Shown: piece by piece, positions 31,508-46,740 of the stretch
Position numbering within the stretch: the stretch's first letter is position 1
How the letters are laid out: the number at the start of each line of letters is the position of its first letter
Source: the human T2T-CHM13v2.0 reference genome, Homo sapiens
Assembly (NCBI RefSeq): GCF_009914755.1
Contig: NC_060943.1
Reading direction: 5' to 3' (one strand)
DNA: 64,000 nt
The notes under the pieces: generated by a model
Seen by the model: the letters and a program-made list of their open reading frames with translations, nothing else
What the model was told of the DNA's origin: nothing
Database searches by the model: none
Position numbers and translations under genes: made by a program

Positions 31508-31795
31508 TTTTTGTTTTGTTTTGTTTTGTTTGAGACAGGGTCTCACCTTGTTGCCCAGGCTGGAGTACAGTGGCGTGAACTTGGCTCACTGCAACCTCCG
31601 CCTCCTGGGTTCAAGCGATTCTCTTGCATAGCCTCTCAAGTAGCTGGGACTACAGGGGCACATCACTACGCCAAGCTAATTTTTGTATTTTTTGTAGATA
31701 TGGGGTTTCACCATGTTGCCCAGGCTGGTCTCAAACTCCTGGGCTCAAGCAATCCACCTGCCTCGGCCTCCCAAAGTGCTAGGATTACAAGCGCA
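31508..31795 (-). mobile_element. Alu (J/S)
   Basis: Dimer; TSD ctgtcagag. Confidence 0.9.
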
Positions 31796-33129
31796 CCTGT
31801 CAGAGTTTTCAGGGACGTGGATGAAGCTGGAAGCCATTATTCTATCTTGTTTGTGCCATCACACTCCTCTCCTAGGGTAGAAGGTAAAGTTCCACCCTTG
31901 AGAGAGTTTCAACAGAGCCAAGTTTCTGGTCTGTAGGCCCTCAGGTCCCGTAGTGACCTCTGGGAAGTGAGGCGGGGGAGGGCAGCTGATCACAGGGGGT
32001 CCCTCAGAGCCTCTGGTGCAGGTCGTGAGTCACACACACTCCGCTCGCTGGCATTTCTGGACAGCCTCTAAAGCTCAAGCCCACTTAGGGTCATGTTCGC
32101 CAATGGAAAAAGGCGAGACTGCCAGAAGGGATGAGACTGGCTCCCCTAGGAATCAAGAACTCCCAAGAATTTGTTCCTTTAAGAGTGAGCAGAAAGTTGC
32201 TGGCAGAATTTGACAACTGAATTGTGGTAGGTAGAATGGAGCATGACCAGCCCTGGAGTCAACCAATATGGCTGCAAGTCCTGGAACTTCCCTGGCAGTG
32301 ATGGGCTCAGAGGCCAAAAGATAGCATCCACCTGGCCTTGAGGCCTGATGCGGAGGATGCAGCTGGTAAGATGTTCAGGGGGCCCTGGTCAGGCCCACAT
32401 CCCCCATACTTTCCTCCAGGACTCAAACTAAGGCCAAAGCCAGTTTTCTCTGACCGGCCTGTTGTGGTGTACACCTGTCCTTGCCTCCCCACTGACTTTT
32501 AGCTCCACATTTTGGGTGAGTCTTGCATGGGAAGTTAGTACAGGTGGGAGAAGGATGTGACCAGGATGCAAAGGTGACAGTCGGGGCTGGGAAAACATAA
32601 CGATTTTAATGTTTCTAAAACGGAGCTGACAGACAATTCACAGGACGAGGAGGTTTCTTCACAGAAACCCAAACTCAGATGCTGCCCCTCTCTGGGTTCA
32701 GCCCCAGCATGCCCTCAAGCACCTCGCATCTCCTTCCTGCCCCAGCCCGGGCAGGCGCTCATTCTCCTGTTACTGGGTCATGAGGGAGCCGTCCTCATCC
32801 TAATCTGTCTGACATTAGCCCCGTCTCCACACTGGGCTGGTTCTCACTGAGGTCTGCACGGAATGACCAAGGAGAAGATTTCATCCTTGCAGATGAGGAG
32901 TGGGTGATCCTGGGGAATGGGAACCCTGCTGTGGGCCCAGGACTTTTGCAGGAGCCCTTTGGTCCTCCTAGTCAGACTTTCTGATTTAGTTTTCACCAGG
33001 CTGATTCCAGTAAAACAACTGCAACTCAACTCTCAGAGCCCAGGGACGGTGTCCTGTGTGTGGCGCGTGGGAGGCCCAGCAGGAGATCTTGGGACATGGT
33101 GAGGGGTTGTGACACGTGAGGCCATTGAG

Positions 33130-33255
33130 AACATGTGGACTGGAATTAGGCAGAGCCAGGATAGGTCTAGGCCCTGCCGCTGACTAGCTGTAGGATCATA
33201 GGTAAGCCGTTTTATCTTTCTGAAGCTCTGTCCTCATTTGTAAAATGAGGACCCA
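33130..33255. mobile_element. MIR fragment
   Basis: gccgctgactagctgt...ctctgtcctcatttgtaaaatgagg. Confidence 0.65.
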
Positions 33256-34612
33256 GCTAAATAACATACATGTCACCCCAGGATTCATCAGCCTTGGGAG
33301 GTTACAATGACATCAACAGCCATAGAAAGCCTTTCTCTGGCTCTGCCTTTATTGGAGCTGCAGAGTCTGCAGGCCCTGGAAGGCCTGGTTGAAAAGTGAC
33401 TCTAGAAATGACCTGCATGAGCTCATCACAAGCCCTTTTAATTTAATCTCTTCGTAGCGTCTGTGATTTTCTGCTATTTTCCTGAGGAGGCTGAAATTTC
33501 TGCAAAGACGCTCTCCATAGATGCTGAGCATAGAGGCTTCGGTTGCTTCTGCATTCTACTACTGGGACCAGGACTCCCACCTAGTCTTGGCCCAGGAGGA
33601 AGGAAGAAAGAGAGTGGAGGGAGAAGCTAACGTAGAGGGAGTGTTGGTGTCAGGTACTTGTAGGATCTGCCACCTGGGGCAAATTACAAGATGCCACTGA
33701 GCCTACTTCCAAATGCATCGAACAGGGCCACTTTATCTCCCAGCAGGCCAGTCATGGGGCTAAGGTGTAGAGACTAGGTTAGGTGAGTTGTGTGTGACTG
33801 AAAGACAGAAACCAGGTTTCACCTGCACTTTTACAGAGAGTAGAGCAGTGCCAGGCTCCAGTGAGTATGGCCCACAAAAAAGTGGGAAAATAAGTAGTGT
33901 CTCTATTGTCTGAGTCTTGCTGGCATAATTAGGTCTCATGCAGAGAGTTAAACTTGGGACTTGGGGCTAAGAGGCCTGAGGCTTGAGTTCCGGCCCTCGT
34001 CTGACCTGCTGGACAAACCCAGGCATTGTGCTTCATTTGTTTACTCATTTTAAAGCTTGATTTTACATCTACCAAGTGCTGGGCACTCTGCTAGACTTAA
34101 CATTAGATGTACATATTATACTGAAAGGTACAGCATTTTACTGAGAAGTACAACATGAAATTTGAACAGATGAAGAACTAAATTGCGCTCTTGTATGGCG
34201 TGAGTCCACCTTGTAGGGATGTTAACTCTTCCCAGCTCATCTTTGTTTCAAAGGAAATTAATCAAGTTTATCCAAAAGAATAAATGCTTGAAATCAGTCA
34301 AGAAAACTTAGTGTCTGGGATTTACATGAGGAAGAATTCAAAGGTTGCGTGGATTAGAAAGGGAGGCATCCAGAATGATGAGGAAATCAGGAGTAGATGA
34401 AAATATCTATTATTTGGCAACCCTAATAAGGTATAATAAATATTAAAGAAACAAGTGACACAGTTTTTACCTGTCAAATTTGAAAAATAAAAATATATTC
34501 TGAGCACATAATTTCATAAAGAAGAGTACATATATCTCCACACTCACATACTCTTGTGGGGATGAAAATAGATGTCGTCATTTAAAGGAATATTAAACTT
34601 TAAGAAAGTTTT

Positions 34613-34977
<365 letters not shown>

Positions 34978-35679
34978 TTATTTCATAAATACATCATTTC
35001 AAAAATTATCTCATAAATAAATCCTAAGAAAATAAACATAGCAAAATTAAAAGAAACCTACTTAAAAGTGAAATAATAAGAATGGTGGGACGTATTTGTA
35101 GTCATTGAAAATAATGCTTTTGAAGACCATTTAAAGATGTGAAACATGCTAATGTAAAATAAACATAAAATGTAAAAGACAAAGTATGAAACTTAATATT
35201 TATTTTAATTTAAAAATTAGAATACATATGTATTGACAAAGGTAAAACAGATGAAACTGTGAGATCATCTATGGTAGTGGGATTCTGGAAAATTGTTGTT
35301 TTCCTTTTTTTTCAACCTTTTTGTATTTTCTCAGTTTTAATTGAGCTTGTGTTACTTTTACAGTTTGAAAAGAAAAAGGGGGCGGGGAGAAAAAACCACC
35401 ACCGGCAAGACAGTGGGAGGGAAAAAAATCAGTAATCTATTTTTATGCAGACACCAGGCATTTTCTGTTTGAGGTTAATTACCAAGTTTATTTAACTAGA
35501 ATTCCATTCTAATCAAATGTTCATCTGTGAGAATGTCCTGATATATTTTCTTCTGTTTTAATCTTCTGCTAGTGACATATTATAACAATGTATGTAAGAT
35601 ACTGAACAAGAAAGAGAAAAAGGCAGTCCTTGGGTTTGGTGCACACGAACAAATGACAGTTAACAATTTAAACCAAATA

Positions 35680-36083
<404 letters not shown>

Positions 36084-36404
36084 TTACACTAAACCTCACA
36101 GGTCCTGAACAATCAAGAGCTTTGAGAAGATACACAACTCTGACGGCTTCTGGAGAGAGCATGTCTCTCTTTCCCCTGGGCTCCATGCCAGCTTGCCAGA
36201 ATTTTTACAATTTGTTTTCCTCATTTTTCTAATTATGTTTCCTCCTGAAAGTGATTATAGATAGAATTCATTTGTATTTGTGGAGACTTCTTTATCAGAT
36301 CAGCAAGTTTTCCTTTTTTTACGAGTTAATACTTTCATCTTTAGGGTTCTCAGGGAATACACAGCATATGTCAAAACAAAAATGAGATGAAAATTCCTAG
36401 GTAA

Positions 36405-36930
36405 TTTTTTTTTTACTTTTATTTTAAGTTCATGGGTACATATGCAGGTTTGTTACATACGTAAACTCGTGTCACGTGGGTCTGTTGTACAGATTATTTT
36501 GTCACCCAGGTACCAAGCCTAGTACCCAATTGTTACTTTTTCTAATCCTCTCCCTCCTGCCACCCTCCACCTTCCAATAGGCTCCAGTGTGTGTTATTCC
36601 CCTCTTTGTGTCCGTGTGTTCTCATCATTTAGCTACCACTTATAAGTAAGAGCATGCGGTATTTGGTTTTCTGTTCCTGCATTAGTTTGCTAAGGATAAT
36701 GGCCTCCAGCTCCATCCATGTTCCCATAAAGGACACAATCTTATTCTTTTTTGATGACTGCGTGGTATCCCATATTTTCCATCATATGTATCACATTTTA
36801 TTTATCCAGTCTGCCATCGATGGACATTTAGGTTGATTCCATTTCTTTACTACTGTGGAGTGCTGCAATGAATACATGTGTGCATGTGTCTTTATGGTAG
36901 AATGATTTATATCCCTTTGGGTAGATATCC
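36405..36930 (-). mobile_element. L1P 3' end
   Basis: Antisense 3'UTR (gggtacatatgcaggtttgttacat, ataatggcctccagctccatccatg). Confidence 0.85.
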
Positions 36931-37441
36931 TTACTGGGTTATTTATGCCTACCACCAGGCAAAAATAAAATAAAGAAAAGGGCTTCAGACGTTAAAGACT
37001 TATCAATAGACCTTTTTTATATGAATGTGTATGGCTGTGTGTGTGTCTCAATATACTGTTGCACTGGAGCTGCTGCTGGTTTTTTTAAATTCACAAGCCC
37101 CTTTCACATGAAAACAGTGTTATGGTTGGGTTTCCACAAAGATCTATTCATATCTGAAGTATATCTCTCTATTTTAAAAACGTTTTTATTGCTAAATAAG
37201 GCACATACGCCAAGAAGAGAAGGTGTTCACGTATATGAACACTTTAAGGAATAATAGACAATGAACACCTGTGAATCCACCATGCAGGTGAGCTCACGGT
37301 GCAGAGCCCCCTGGATCCCTCCTCACCTGCATGCAGTCCTGGTCCACCCTCCTGCCTCTATTCTGCACTTTTTATTAGTCATCCTTGCTTTTCAAAATAG
37401 TTTAATAATGATTGCATGGCTCCACCTATAATTTACTTTTA

Positions 37442-37781
<340 letters not shown>

Positions 37782-37999
37782 TCATACTGTATATATTCAC
37801 CTGGAACCTTTTCTTTTGCTCTACATTATGCATCAATTTGTCAACTTGGAGTTTATTCATTTTAATGTCTGCGTAGTATTTTTTTGTATTTACAATTTAT
37901 TTATTCATTATACTGTTCCCAAGTTCTTGACATTATAAACAGAACTGTTTGCTGGACACACCCAATTTTTAAAAACTTTTAATATATTTTGTTTAAAAA

Positions 38000-38680
38000 A
38001 TGTTTTAACTTTTAAGTTCAGGGATACATGTACAGAATGTACAAGTTTGGGGTTTGTTGTAAAGATTATTTTATCACCCAGGTATTAAGTGATACCCAAT
38101 AGTTATTTTTCCTGGTCCTTTCCCTCCACCCACCCTCCAAGCTCCAATAGGCCCCAGTGTGTGTTGTTCTACTCTATGTGTCCATGTGTTCTCATCATTT
38201 AGCTCTCACTTACAGGTGAGAACATCAGTATTTTGTTTTCTGTTTCTGCATTAGTTTGCTAAAGATATGGCCTCCAGCTCCATCTATGTCCCTTCAAAGG
38301 ACTTGATCTTGTTCCTTTTTACAGCTGCATAGTATTCCATGGTATATATGTACCACATATGCTTTATCCAGTCTATCATTGATGGGCATTTGGGTTGATT
38401 CCATGTCTTTGCTATTGTGAATAGTGATGCAATGAACATACACATGCATGTGTCTTTCTTTATAGTAGGACAACTTACATTCCTTTGGGTATATACCCAG
38501 TAATGGGACTGCTGGGTCAAATGGAATCTCCACACCATCTTCCAAAATGGTTGAACTAATTTACACTCTCACCAACAGTGTATAAGTGTTCCTTTTTCTC
38601 TACAACCTCACTAGCATCTGTTAGTTTTTGACTTTTTAATAATAGCCATTTTGACTGGTGTGAGATGGCATCTCATTGTG
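38000..38680 (-). mobile_element. L1P 3' end
   Basis: Minus-strand ORF2 C-terminus [20 protein letters not shown]. Confidence 0.85.
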
Positions 38681-38889
38681 GAGACACCCAGTTTATCCAG
38701 GGTTTAGAATTGTAGAAGTTAAATTTTCTCATTGTACAATATGTGCATATTCAGCTTTATTAGGCAATGTTAAATGATTGAATTATCCAGCTTTTAAATT
38801 TCTGCCACCTAACAGCTCATTCTGGTTTTAATTTGCTTGACTTGCATTAAATAATAAAGTTAGATATCTTTTTTATATTTAATGGCTGG

Positions 38890-39252
38890 TGTTGTTTGGC
38901 TGTGCCTGACCCAAATCTCATCTTGAATTGTAGCTCCCGTAATCCCCACATATCATGGGAGGGACCTGGTGGGAGGTAATTGAATCATGAAGGTGGGTTT
39001 TTCCCATGTTTCTCTTGTGGTAGTGAATAAATCTCATGCGATCTCATGGTTTTATAAAGGGCAGTTCCCCTGCACATGCTCTGTTGCCTGCTGCAATGTA
39101 AAGATGTGCCTTTGCTCCTCCTTCAACTTCTGCCATGATTGTGAGGCCTCCCCAGCCATGTTGGAACTGTGAGTCCATTAAACTTCTTTTTCTTTATAAA
39201 TTACCTAGTCTGTAGTATTTCTTCATAGCAGTATGAAAATGGAGTAATACAA
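38890..39252. mobile_element. THE1 MaLR LTR
   Basis: tttggctgtg..ccaaatctcatcttgaattgtagctcc...ccatgattgtgaggcctccccagccatg. Confidence 0.9.
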
Positions 39253-39574
39253 TGGCTACTTGAGTTTTCCTTTCTGTGAAATGCCTAATAGCATATATTT
39301 CCCCACATTTCTATTGGCCTATGTTTAATTTTCTTATTGAATCATTAGTGTTCTTTACATGAGTCCTTTTCAGTTATATATGATGCAGATATCTTCTTCC
39401 AGTTGGGGTGTATGTTTCATGCTCTTTGTGACATCTTTGATTAACAAAGTCCTTGAATTTAGCTGTGTTTTCCTTTGGGGCTTACGCTTATTGCATTGTC
39501 TTTAAACATTCTTCTTTACCTTGAAATCATAAACTATTTTCCTATATTTTCTTTTAATTGAATTGTTCTTTTCC

Positions 39575-39805
39575 TTTTTTTGAGACAAAGTCTCACTGTG
39601 TCACCCAGGCTGGAGTGCAGTGATGCGATCTTAGCTCACTGCAACCTCTGCCTCCCGAGTTCAAGCAATTCTCCTTCCTCAGCCTCCTGAGTAGCTGGGA
39701 TTACAGGTGTGCGTCACCACGCCCAGCTGATTTTTGTATTTTTAGTAGAGACAGGGTTTTACCATGTTGACCAGGCTGGTCTTGAACTCCTGGCCTCAAG
39801 TGATT
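39575..39805 (-). mobile_element. AluS (5'-truncated)
   Basis: TSD taattgaatt. Confidence 0.85.
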
Positions 39806-42317
39806 CTAATTGAATTTTTAATATAAGCTGAAGTTAGGGATTTGTTTTCATTTTTTTCAGTATCATAGCCAATCAATTATTCAAGCATGCTTTATTGATT
39901 GGGCCATCTTTTCTCAGCTAATCTGTGTTGCCTCCTCAGTCATGTGTCAGATTCCCATACATGAATATATTACTCCCTCACCTTTAGGTTAGCTCCTGCT
40001 GGAAGTCTGATAGATGTATATTGAACTTCTTGACCTACCCTCTGATCTCATAAACTTAATACCTTACTTCCAAACTAACCCTATTAGATAAGTACATTTT
40101 CTATTATATTCAATAATTCAAGCATGTTCAGTCCAGCTAGTCAGATTGTATATTTTGTGTGTCTGGGCATGTGTGTTTTCTGTTGTATTTCCATCATGAT
40201 AATTTATTTCCTCATGTGTTTTGTAATTTTTTAAACTGTGAGACCATGATCCTTAATCTTTCAGAAAATAACTGGTTTTCCATTTGCCAGGGACCTAGCC
40301 ATGCCTGTTCCTGTGTGTAAAAGTACACTGGAGTGTAAAAGTACACTGGAGAACTGTATTCCTGGGTCTAAATTGTAAAAGTAATAAATTGAACAAAAAC
40401 ACAATTCAATGAAATATGTCTTTTCCTCCTACCTTGATAAATATTTTTTCATAATGACAAAATAGAAACAAATTCGAAAATCCATGGATTTTATAGGACT
40501 AGAAGTTGTCCAAAAAAAATCAAAGATGAGGAAATTTCATTATTGTTATTATGCATGCCTATGTGTTCTCTTGATAGGCTGGTGAAGTTTGGGTTCATTA
40601 TTGTGAAAATAAGTAAAAGGGAAACTAACACAGGCCTATTGTAAACTAACACTAGCTCAGGAATGTGTGTATGTGCAAGAGCAGCTATGCTAGTCAAAGA
40701 TATGTGTTGCAACCTCCCATAGAGAGACACGTGTCAGCTTCAATCCCAAGGCCTATAAACTAAAGTTGACCACTTCCTGTGTACCTAGAGTCTGTTAAAT
40801 ATTTCATTGATGGGTACTGGTTGTAAACTTGTTTATCAGATGTAAAACAAGGTAAGATAATATCAATTATCCTTCCACCAGGCCCTAAGTTGCCTCCATC
40901 TCCTACCCACTCAACCACACATTTGCTTTACTTTACGTATAACCTCTCTAAACACCGATCCAAATCACAGGAATGTAATGGTTACTTCACTGCCCACCCT
41001 CTGTACCACAGTATCCCCCATTAAAAAAAATATATGTTAATACTGCGCTTTATGTAATTGACTTTGGAACTCAGTTACAGACTGCTGTAATCCTGGCTTC
41101 CCCGATGTGCACTCTCAAGCTCCAGGTTAGTAAACCTCATTAGATTGTGATCCCTGTCTCAGTCCCTCATTTGGGTTGACATTACCAAAAATTTATTTTA
41201 TTAGTCTATATTTACTCTACAAAATTTATTTTTCTTGCCTTCATTTTAACAAAATCAGTAAATATGTTATAATCGTGGTTTTGCACATCATCTGTTCTAT
41301 TAAAAATAACAAGCTAAAATAGGAAAATGAAATGTAATTAACAGTGATATCAGCAAAATAGTGGAGTAGGCAGCTACAAACTTTCATCCTCCCACGGAAA
41401 CATAAATAAAAAGCAGGGCCAGGCATGGTGGCTCATGCTTGTAATCCCAGTACTTTGGGAGGCTGAGCTGGGAGGATTGCTTTAGGCCAAGCGTTTGAGA
41501 TCAGCCTGGGCAACATAGCAGGACCCCATCTCTACAAACAGACAAACAAAAACCAGCAGAAATTATTAGGAACAACTTTGCTAGAACTCTGGAAAACCAT
41601 CAAAGGTTTACACCAACCAAGAAGATGCTGAATCAAGAAAAAGTTAAGTTAAAGTGGTAGGAAAGCTTTGTGCATTCTTACTGGCCTTTGCCCCACACAC
41701 TTTTCAGCTCAGTGGCAGTTCTGAAGACTTCAGTTCGCATTCCCACCATAGGATCCTGTTCCCTGGTTCCAGAGGGAGCAGAGCAGACCTTACTCACAAA
41801 TTATCGTGTATTGCTGTGCTAGCCTGCTTAGGGGACACATGAAGGACCAATGCAAAGTGTTCATTTCCAATTAATCTAACTTCAAGTCACACAGGCTGGA
41901 AAAGTGACAGACATTGCTTGAAAATATTGTAATGCAAACAACCTGAAGTCGTGTAGGGCAAAAGTTATGGTTGAAAGAAACAATAGACCACCTAAGCCAG
42001 AGAGGAAGAGTAGGAAGAGAGTTGTTCTGGGAAATTACGGCATTAAAAGCACCCTTAAATATGGCTAAATTTAGAAAATTCCATGCATGTTCAAGGCAAG
42101 ACACATGTTCAGAAAGACCTGAAAAGACAGACCCTTAGCTTTCACCTTGGGCTGGTCCCTAGGCTCAATAAAAGCCTTGCTAAGTGTTGATGAAGGCCAT
42201 AGCACAGAGCCATCTGAAAATACTGGAAGAGATAGCTTCTTCTTCCCTCATCTGTTTTTTGTTTCTTTGTTTGTTTGTTTATTGCCCTGCCCCAATGCCT
42301 TTCTCTCTGACAGCCAG

Positions 42318-42868
42318 CTGTCAGTCTGGCTGGATTGAGGAATACCTAGAAATTGGGTAAAGCATTATTTTGGGTGTGTCTGTGAGGGTGTTTCCACAGG
42401 AGATTACCATGTGAGTCTGAATGGACTAGGTGGGGAAGATTCATCCTCAATGTGGGTGGGCACCATCCAATTTGCTTGGGGTCTGGAGAGAACAAAACCA
42501 GAGAAAAGGTGAATGTGTCAATCTATCTGTGCGAACTGGGATACACTCTTCCTCTGCTGTCCCTGGACAACAACTCTAGGCTCCCCAGCCTTTGGACTCC
42601 AGGACTTACACCAGTGATTCCTGGGTTCTCAGGTCTTTGGCCTCAAACTGAGAGTTACACCATCAGCTTCCCTGGTTCTGAGACGTTTAGACTTGGACTG
42701 GGCCATGCTACAAGCATCCTCGGGTCTCCAGCTTGCAGATGTCCTGTCTCAGGACTTCTCAGCTTCTATAATTACATGAGCCAATCCCCCTAATAAATCC
42801 CCTCTCATATGTCTGTGTCTCTATCAATATATCCTATTTATTCTGTCTCCCTGGAGAATCCTAATACA
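42318..42868. mobile_element. MLT2 (ERVL) LTR
   Basis: tggattgaggaatacctag...ttgggtgtgtctgtgagggtgtttcca...ctggagaatcctaataca. Confidence 0.85.
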
Positions 42869-43641
42869 CTTTATCTTTCTCTCTTTTTTGCCCCTGGCAT
42901 TCAAGGAATACTCGGTCAAAACAGTAGCTGAACACAAGCTAAGGAAGAGAGACATCAGTTGTGACACATAACAAGAAAAACAGTCTATGCAAAAGTAGTT
43001 GCAGAAAGTCAGTAAACAATTGAACTACTATAGCTTCCAATAATTAAAATAAATCAACAAACCCTGGGTAAGGTGAAAATATGATTTCCAGAATTATCAT
43101 ACTGTCACTTTCAAATGGCCCATTCAAAGGGAAAAAATAAATTGACAGAAACTATTCCTCAGGAAGCTCAGATATTGGACTTATGAGACAAAGACTTTGA
43201 AACAACCATTTTAAATATGGTCAAAGAGTGAAAGAAAAACATGGACAAAGAATTAAGGAAATCAGAAAAATGATGTTTGAGTAAGTTGTGAATATCAATA
43301 AAGAGATAGAAATTACAAAAAGGAACCAAAAAATTCTGAAGCTGACAAGTACAATAATTACAGTGAAAAACTCACTATTGGGGTTCAACAGTAGATTTGA
43401 GCAGGCAGAAGACAGATTCAGTGAACATGAACACAAAACAATGAAAAGTATCTAGTCTGAGGAGCAGGAAAAAAAAATGAAGTGAAAAAAAACATAAGAC
43501 CTGCAGGACACCATTAGGCACGTTAACATATGCAGTAAGGGATTCCCAGAAGCAAGAGAGAAAAAGAGGAAGAAATAACATTTGAAGAAAGAATGCCTGA
43601 AAGCTTCCCAAATTTGATGAAATACATGAATCTACGATCAA

Positions 43642-44006
43642 TGTGTTAGTCCATTCTAACGCTGCTATGAAGAAATACCCAACACTGAGTAATTTATAAA
43701 GGATGGAGGTTTAATTGTCTCACAGTTCTGCATGGCTGGGAAGACCTCAGGAAACTTACAATCATGGCGGAAGGGGAAGCAAACACATACTTATTCACAA
43801 GGCAGCAGGAGAGAGAAGTGTCAAGCAAAGGGGAAAAAGTCCCTTATAAAACCATCAGATCTGGTGAAAACTTGCTCACTATTTTAAGAACAGCAGCATA
43901 AGGGTAACTGCCCCCATAACTCAATTACCTCCCACTGGGTTCCTCCCATGACACATGGGGATAACAGGAATTACAATTCAAGATGAGATTTGGGTGGGGA
44001 CACACC
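43642..44006. mobile_element. THE1 MaLR LTR
   Basis: tgtgttagtccattct..gctgctatgaagaaataccc...gatgagatttgggtggggacac. Confidence 0.9.
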
Positions 44007-44282
44007 AATCAACAAACTCCACATAGAATAAACTGAAAGAGATACACATTGAAATACATTACAATCAAACTGTTGAAAGACAAGCACAAATTCTCTTAAA
44101 AGCAACAAGAGGGAAGCAACTTATCATGTACAAAGGATACTCGATCTCACTTTTGCCCAGGCTGGAGTGCAGTGGCATGATCATGACTCACTGTATCCTT
44201 GACCTCCTGGGCTCAAGCAATCCTCCAACCTCAGCCTCCTGAGTAGTTGGGACTACAGGTGCATGCCACCATGCCTGGCTAA

Positions 44283-44489
<207 letters not shown>

Positions 44490-46740
44490 TAACTGTCAAC
44501 CAAGAATTCTATATCTGGCAAAACAGTCCTTCAAAAATGAGGCAGAAATTAAGATATTCCCAGGTAAACAAAATCTGAAGGAGTTTGTTCCCTACAGGAG
44601 ACTCTAAAATGGGCCTTTCAAATTGAAGAGAAAGAGCATTCATTAGACAGTAACACGAGGCCATAGAAAGAAACAAAGATGTCTGGTAATGATAACTACA
44701 CAAGCAAATATAGGAGCCAGTGTTGCTGTGCGTTTGGCTTGTAAATTCACTTTTTCTTACATAATTTAAGAGATGAGTACATAAAAATTATAAGTGTATA
44801 TTACTGGACACACAATATATAAGGAGGTAATCTGTGACAAGATAAAGGGGGAGGAGCTGTATAGGATTAGATACTTTATATGCCACTTAAGTTAACTTGC
44901 AATAATTTCAAACTACATTGTTATAGGATGTTAAATATAATTCCCATGGAAACCACAAGGAAGTATCTTTAAAAATATACATAAGGTCATAAAGAGGGAA
45001 TCAAAAACATTTATTATGAAATATCAGTTAAACACAAAAAAGGCAGTAATGGAGGAAAAGAATAAAAAAGGCATAAGATATACAGAAAACAAATAAAATG
45101 GTTGAAGTTCTACCTTATCAGTAATTACTTAAAATGTAAATGAATTAAACTCTCCAATAAACATGTGGATATTGGCATAATAGATGAAAACCAAGACCCA
45201 ATGATATGCTGTCTAAACAAGACTTGTTTAGATCCAAAGACACATATAGGTTGAAAGTGAAAGGATGGGAAATATTATCCAATAAAAATAATGACCAAAC
45301 AAGAGCTAAAGTGGCTATACTAATATTGGACTTAAAGTTAAAAACTATTAAAAGGGCCAGGCCTGGTGGCTCATGCCTGTAATCCTAGCACTTTGGGAGG
45401 CCGAGGCGAGTGGATCATGAGGTCAGGAGTTCGAGACCATCTTGGCCAACACGGTGAAACCCTGTTTCTACCAAAAATACAAAAATTAGCTGGGCGTGGT
45501 GGCATGTGCCTGTAATCCCAGCTACTCGGGAGGCTGAGGCAGGAGAATCACTTGAACCAGGGAGTCAGAGGTTGCAGTGAACCGAGATCACGCCGTTGTA
45601 CTCCGGCCTGGTGACAGAGTGAGACTCTGTCTCAAGAAAAAAAAAATTACTATTAAAAGGAGAGACATTATATACTGATAAAAGGGTCAGCTTATCAAGA
45701 AGATATAACAATTATAAATATGTATGATCTAACATGACCACTTTTGGGTGGGGTTTTTCCCAGAATGCAAGGTTGGTTTAAGATTTAAAAAATAAATGTA
45801 ATTCACCATATTAAGAGAATAAAGGAGAAAAGCCATAGGCAGTGCCTGTGTTCATTATGGAGGTGTAATTGTACTAAGTACCCTACAGACTGTCAAAACT
45901 GGTAATATGTGATGTCTACATGATGGGAAGCCACCATAGTCTGGTGGTTAAATGTATGAGCTCTGGAATCAGACAATCAGGGTTCAAATTCCACCCAGTG
46001 TGGAATGTGGGCCACTAGTACACATGTGACACAAGGAAGGTTTTATGGCTTAAATGCTGTCTTACTAAATTTGTAAAAATAAGTGAAGATAAACTGCCTG
46101 CCAGGAAAGAATGTGTTGTGGTATCCTTGTTGCCACCTCAGAAAGCCTAGCAGCCCCCTGGAGATGCTTGGGATAGTCGCCTGTCCCGGGTGGCCACAGA
46201 AAAGGTGCACCCAGCTCCTGGAACTGAAGAAGAGCTAGGGAAGCCCCTGGAGGAGCTGGTGTTGGAGCCTTGACCTACGAGCCTGGAGGAGTGGGGAAAG
46301 GTGGTGAGGGTGAACTGGTGTCATCTGCAGCAGTTGTCTGAAAGGAACAGGCTGAGGTAAATTCGCCCTGTGGCACTGAGGTGCCTGCAGACATGGAAGT
46401 GACAGTTATGTAGGCTCCTGGAGTTCAGTCTTGGAGAGTCCCACCTTGCCACCGAGACTGTCTGGTGCCAAACACCTGCAACCCATGATAGGAATGCCAA
46501 GAAGTACTAGAGAGTCCTGCTGGGGTTCAGCCTCTGGACCTCTTGCCCTTCGATGTTTTTCCTCATGCATTTTGCTGGCAATATGCCCTTAGCTGGGGCA
46601 CTTTTTCTCTGTCGCATGTCCCGTGTGTCACATGCATCAAGCTGAACAGTACCTGGTTTGCCATGGAGGTAGCAGGTAGTGAGGAGACCTCTCCAAATGT
46701 CATATCCTCCAAGGACCCGGCAGCGCACAAACTGCCCTTC

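Noticed and set aside
33349-33560. Secretoglobin-like last exon suggested by an ECRS motif on the minus strand
   Set aside because: The similarity is too short and no upstream exons were found.
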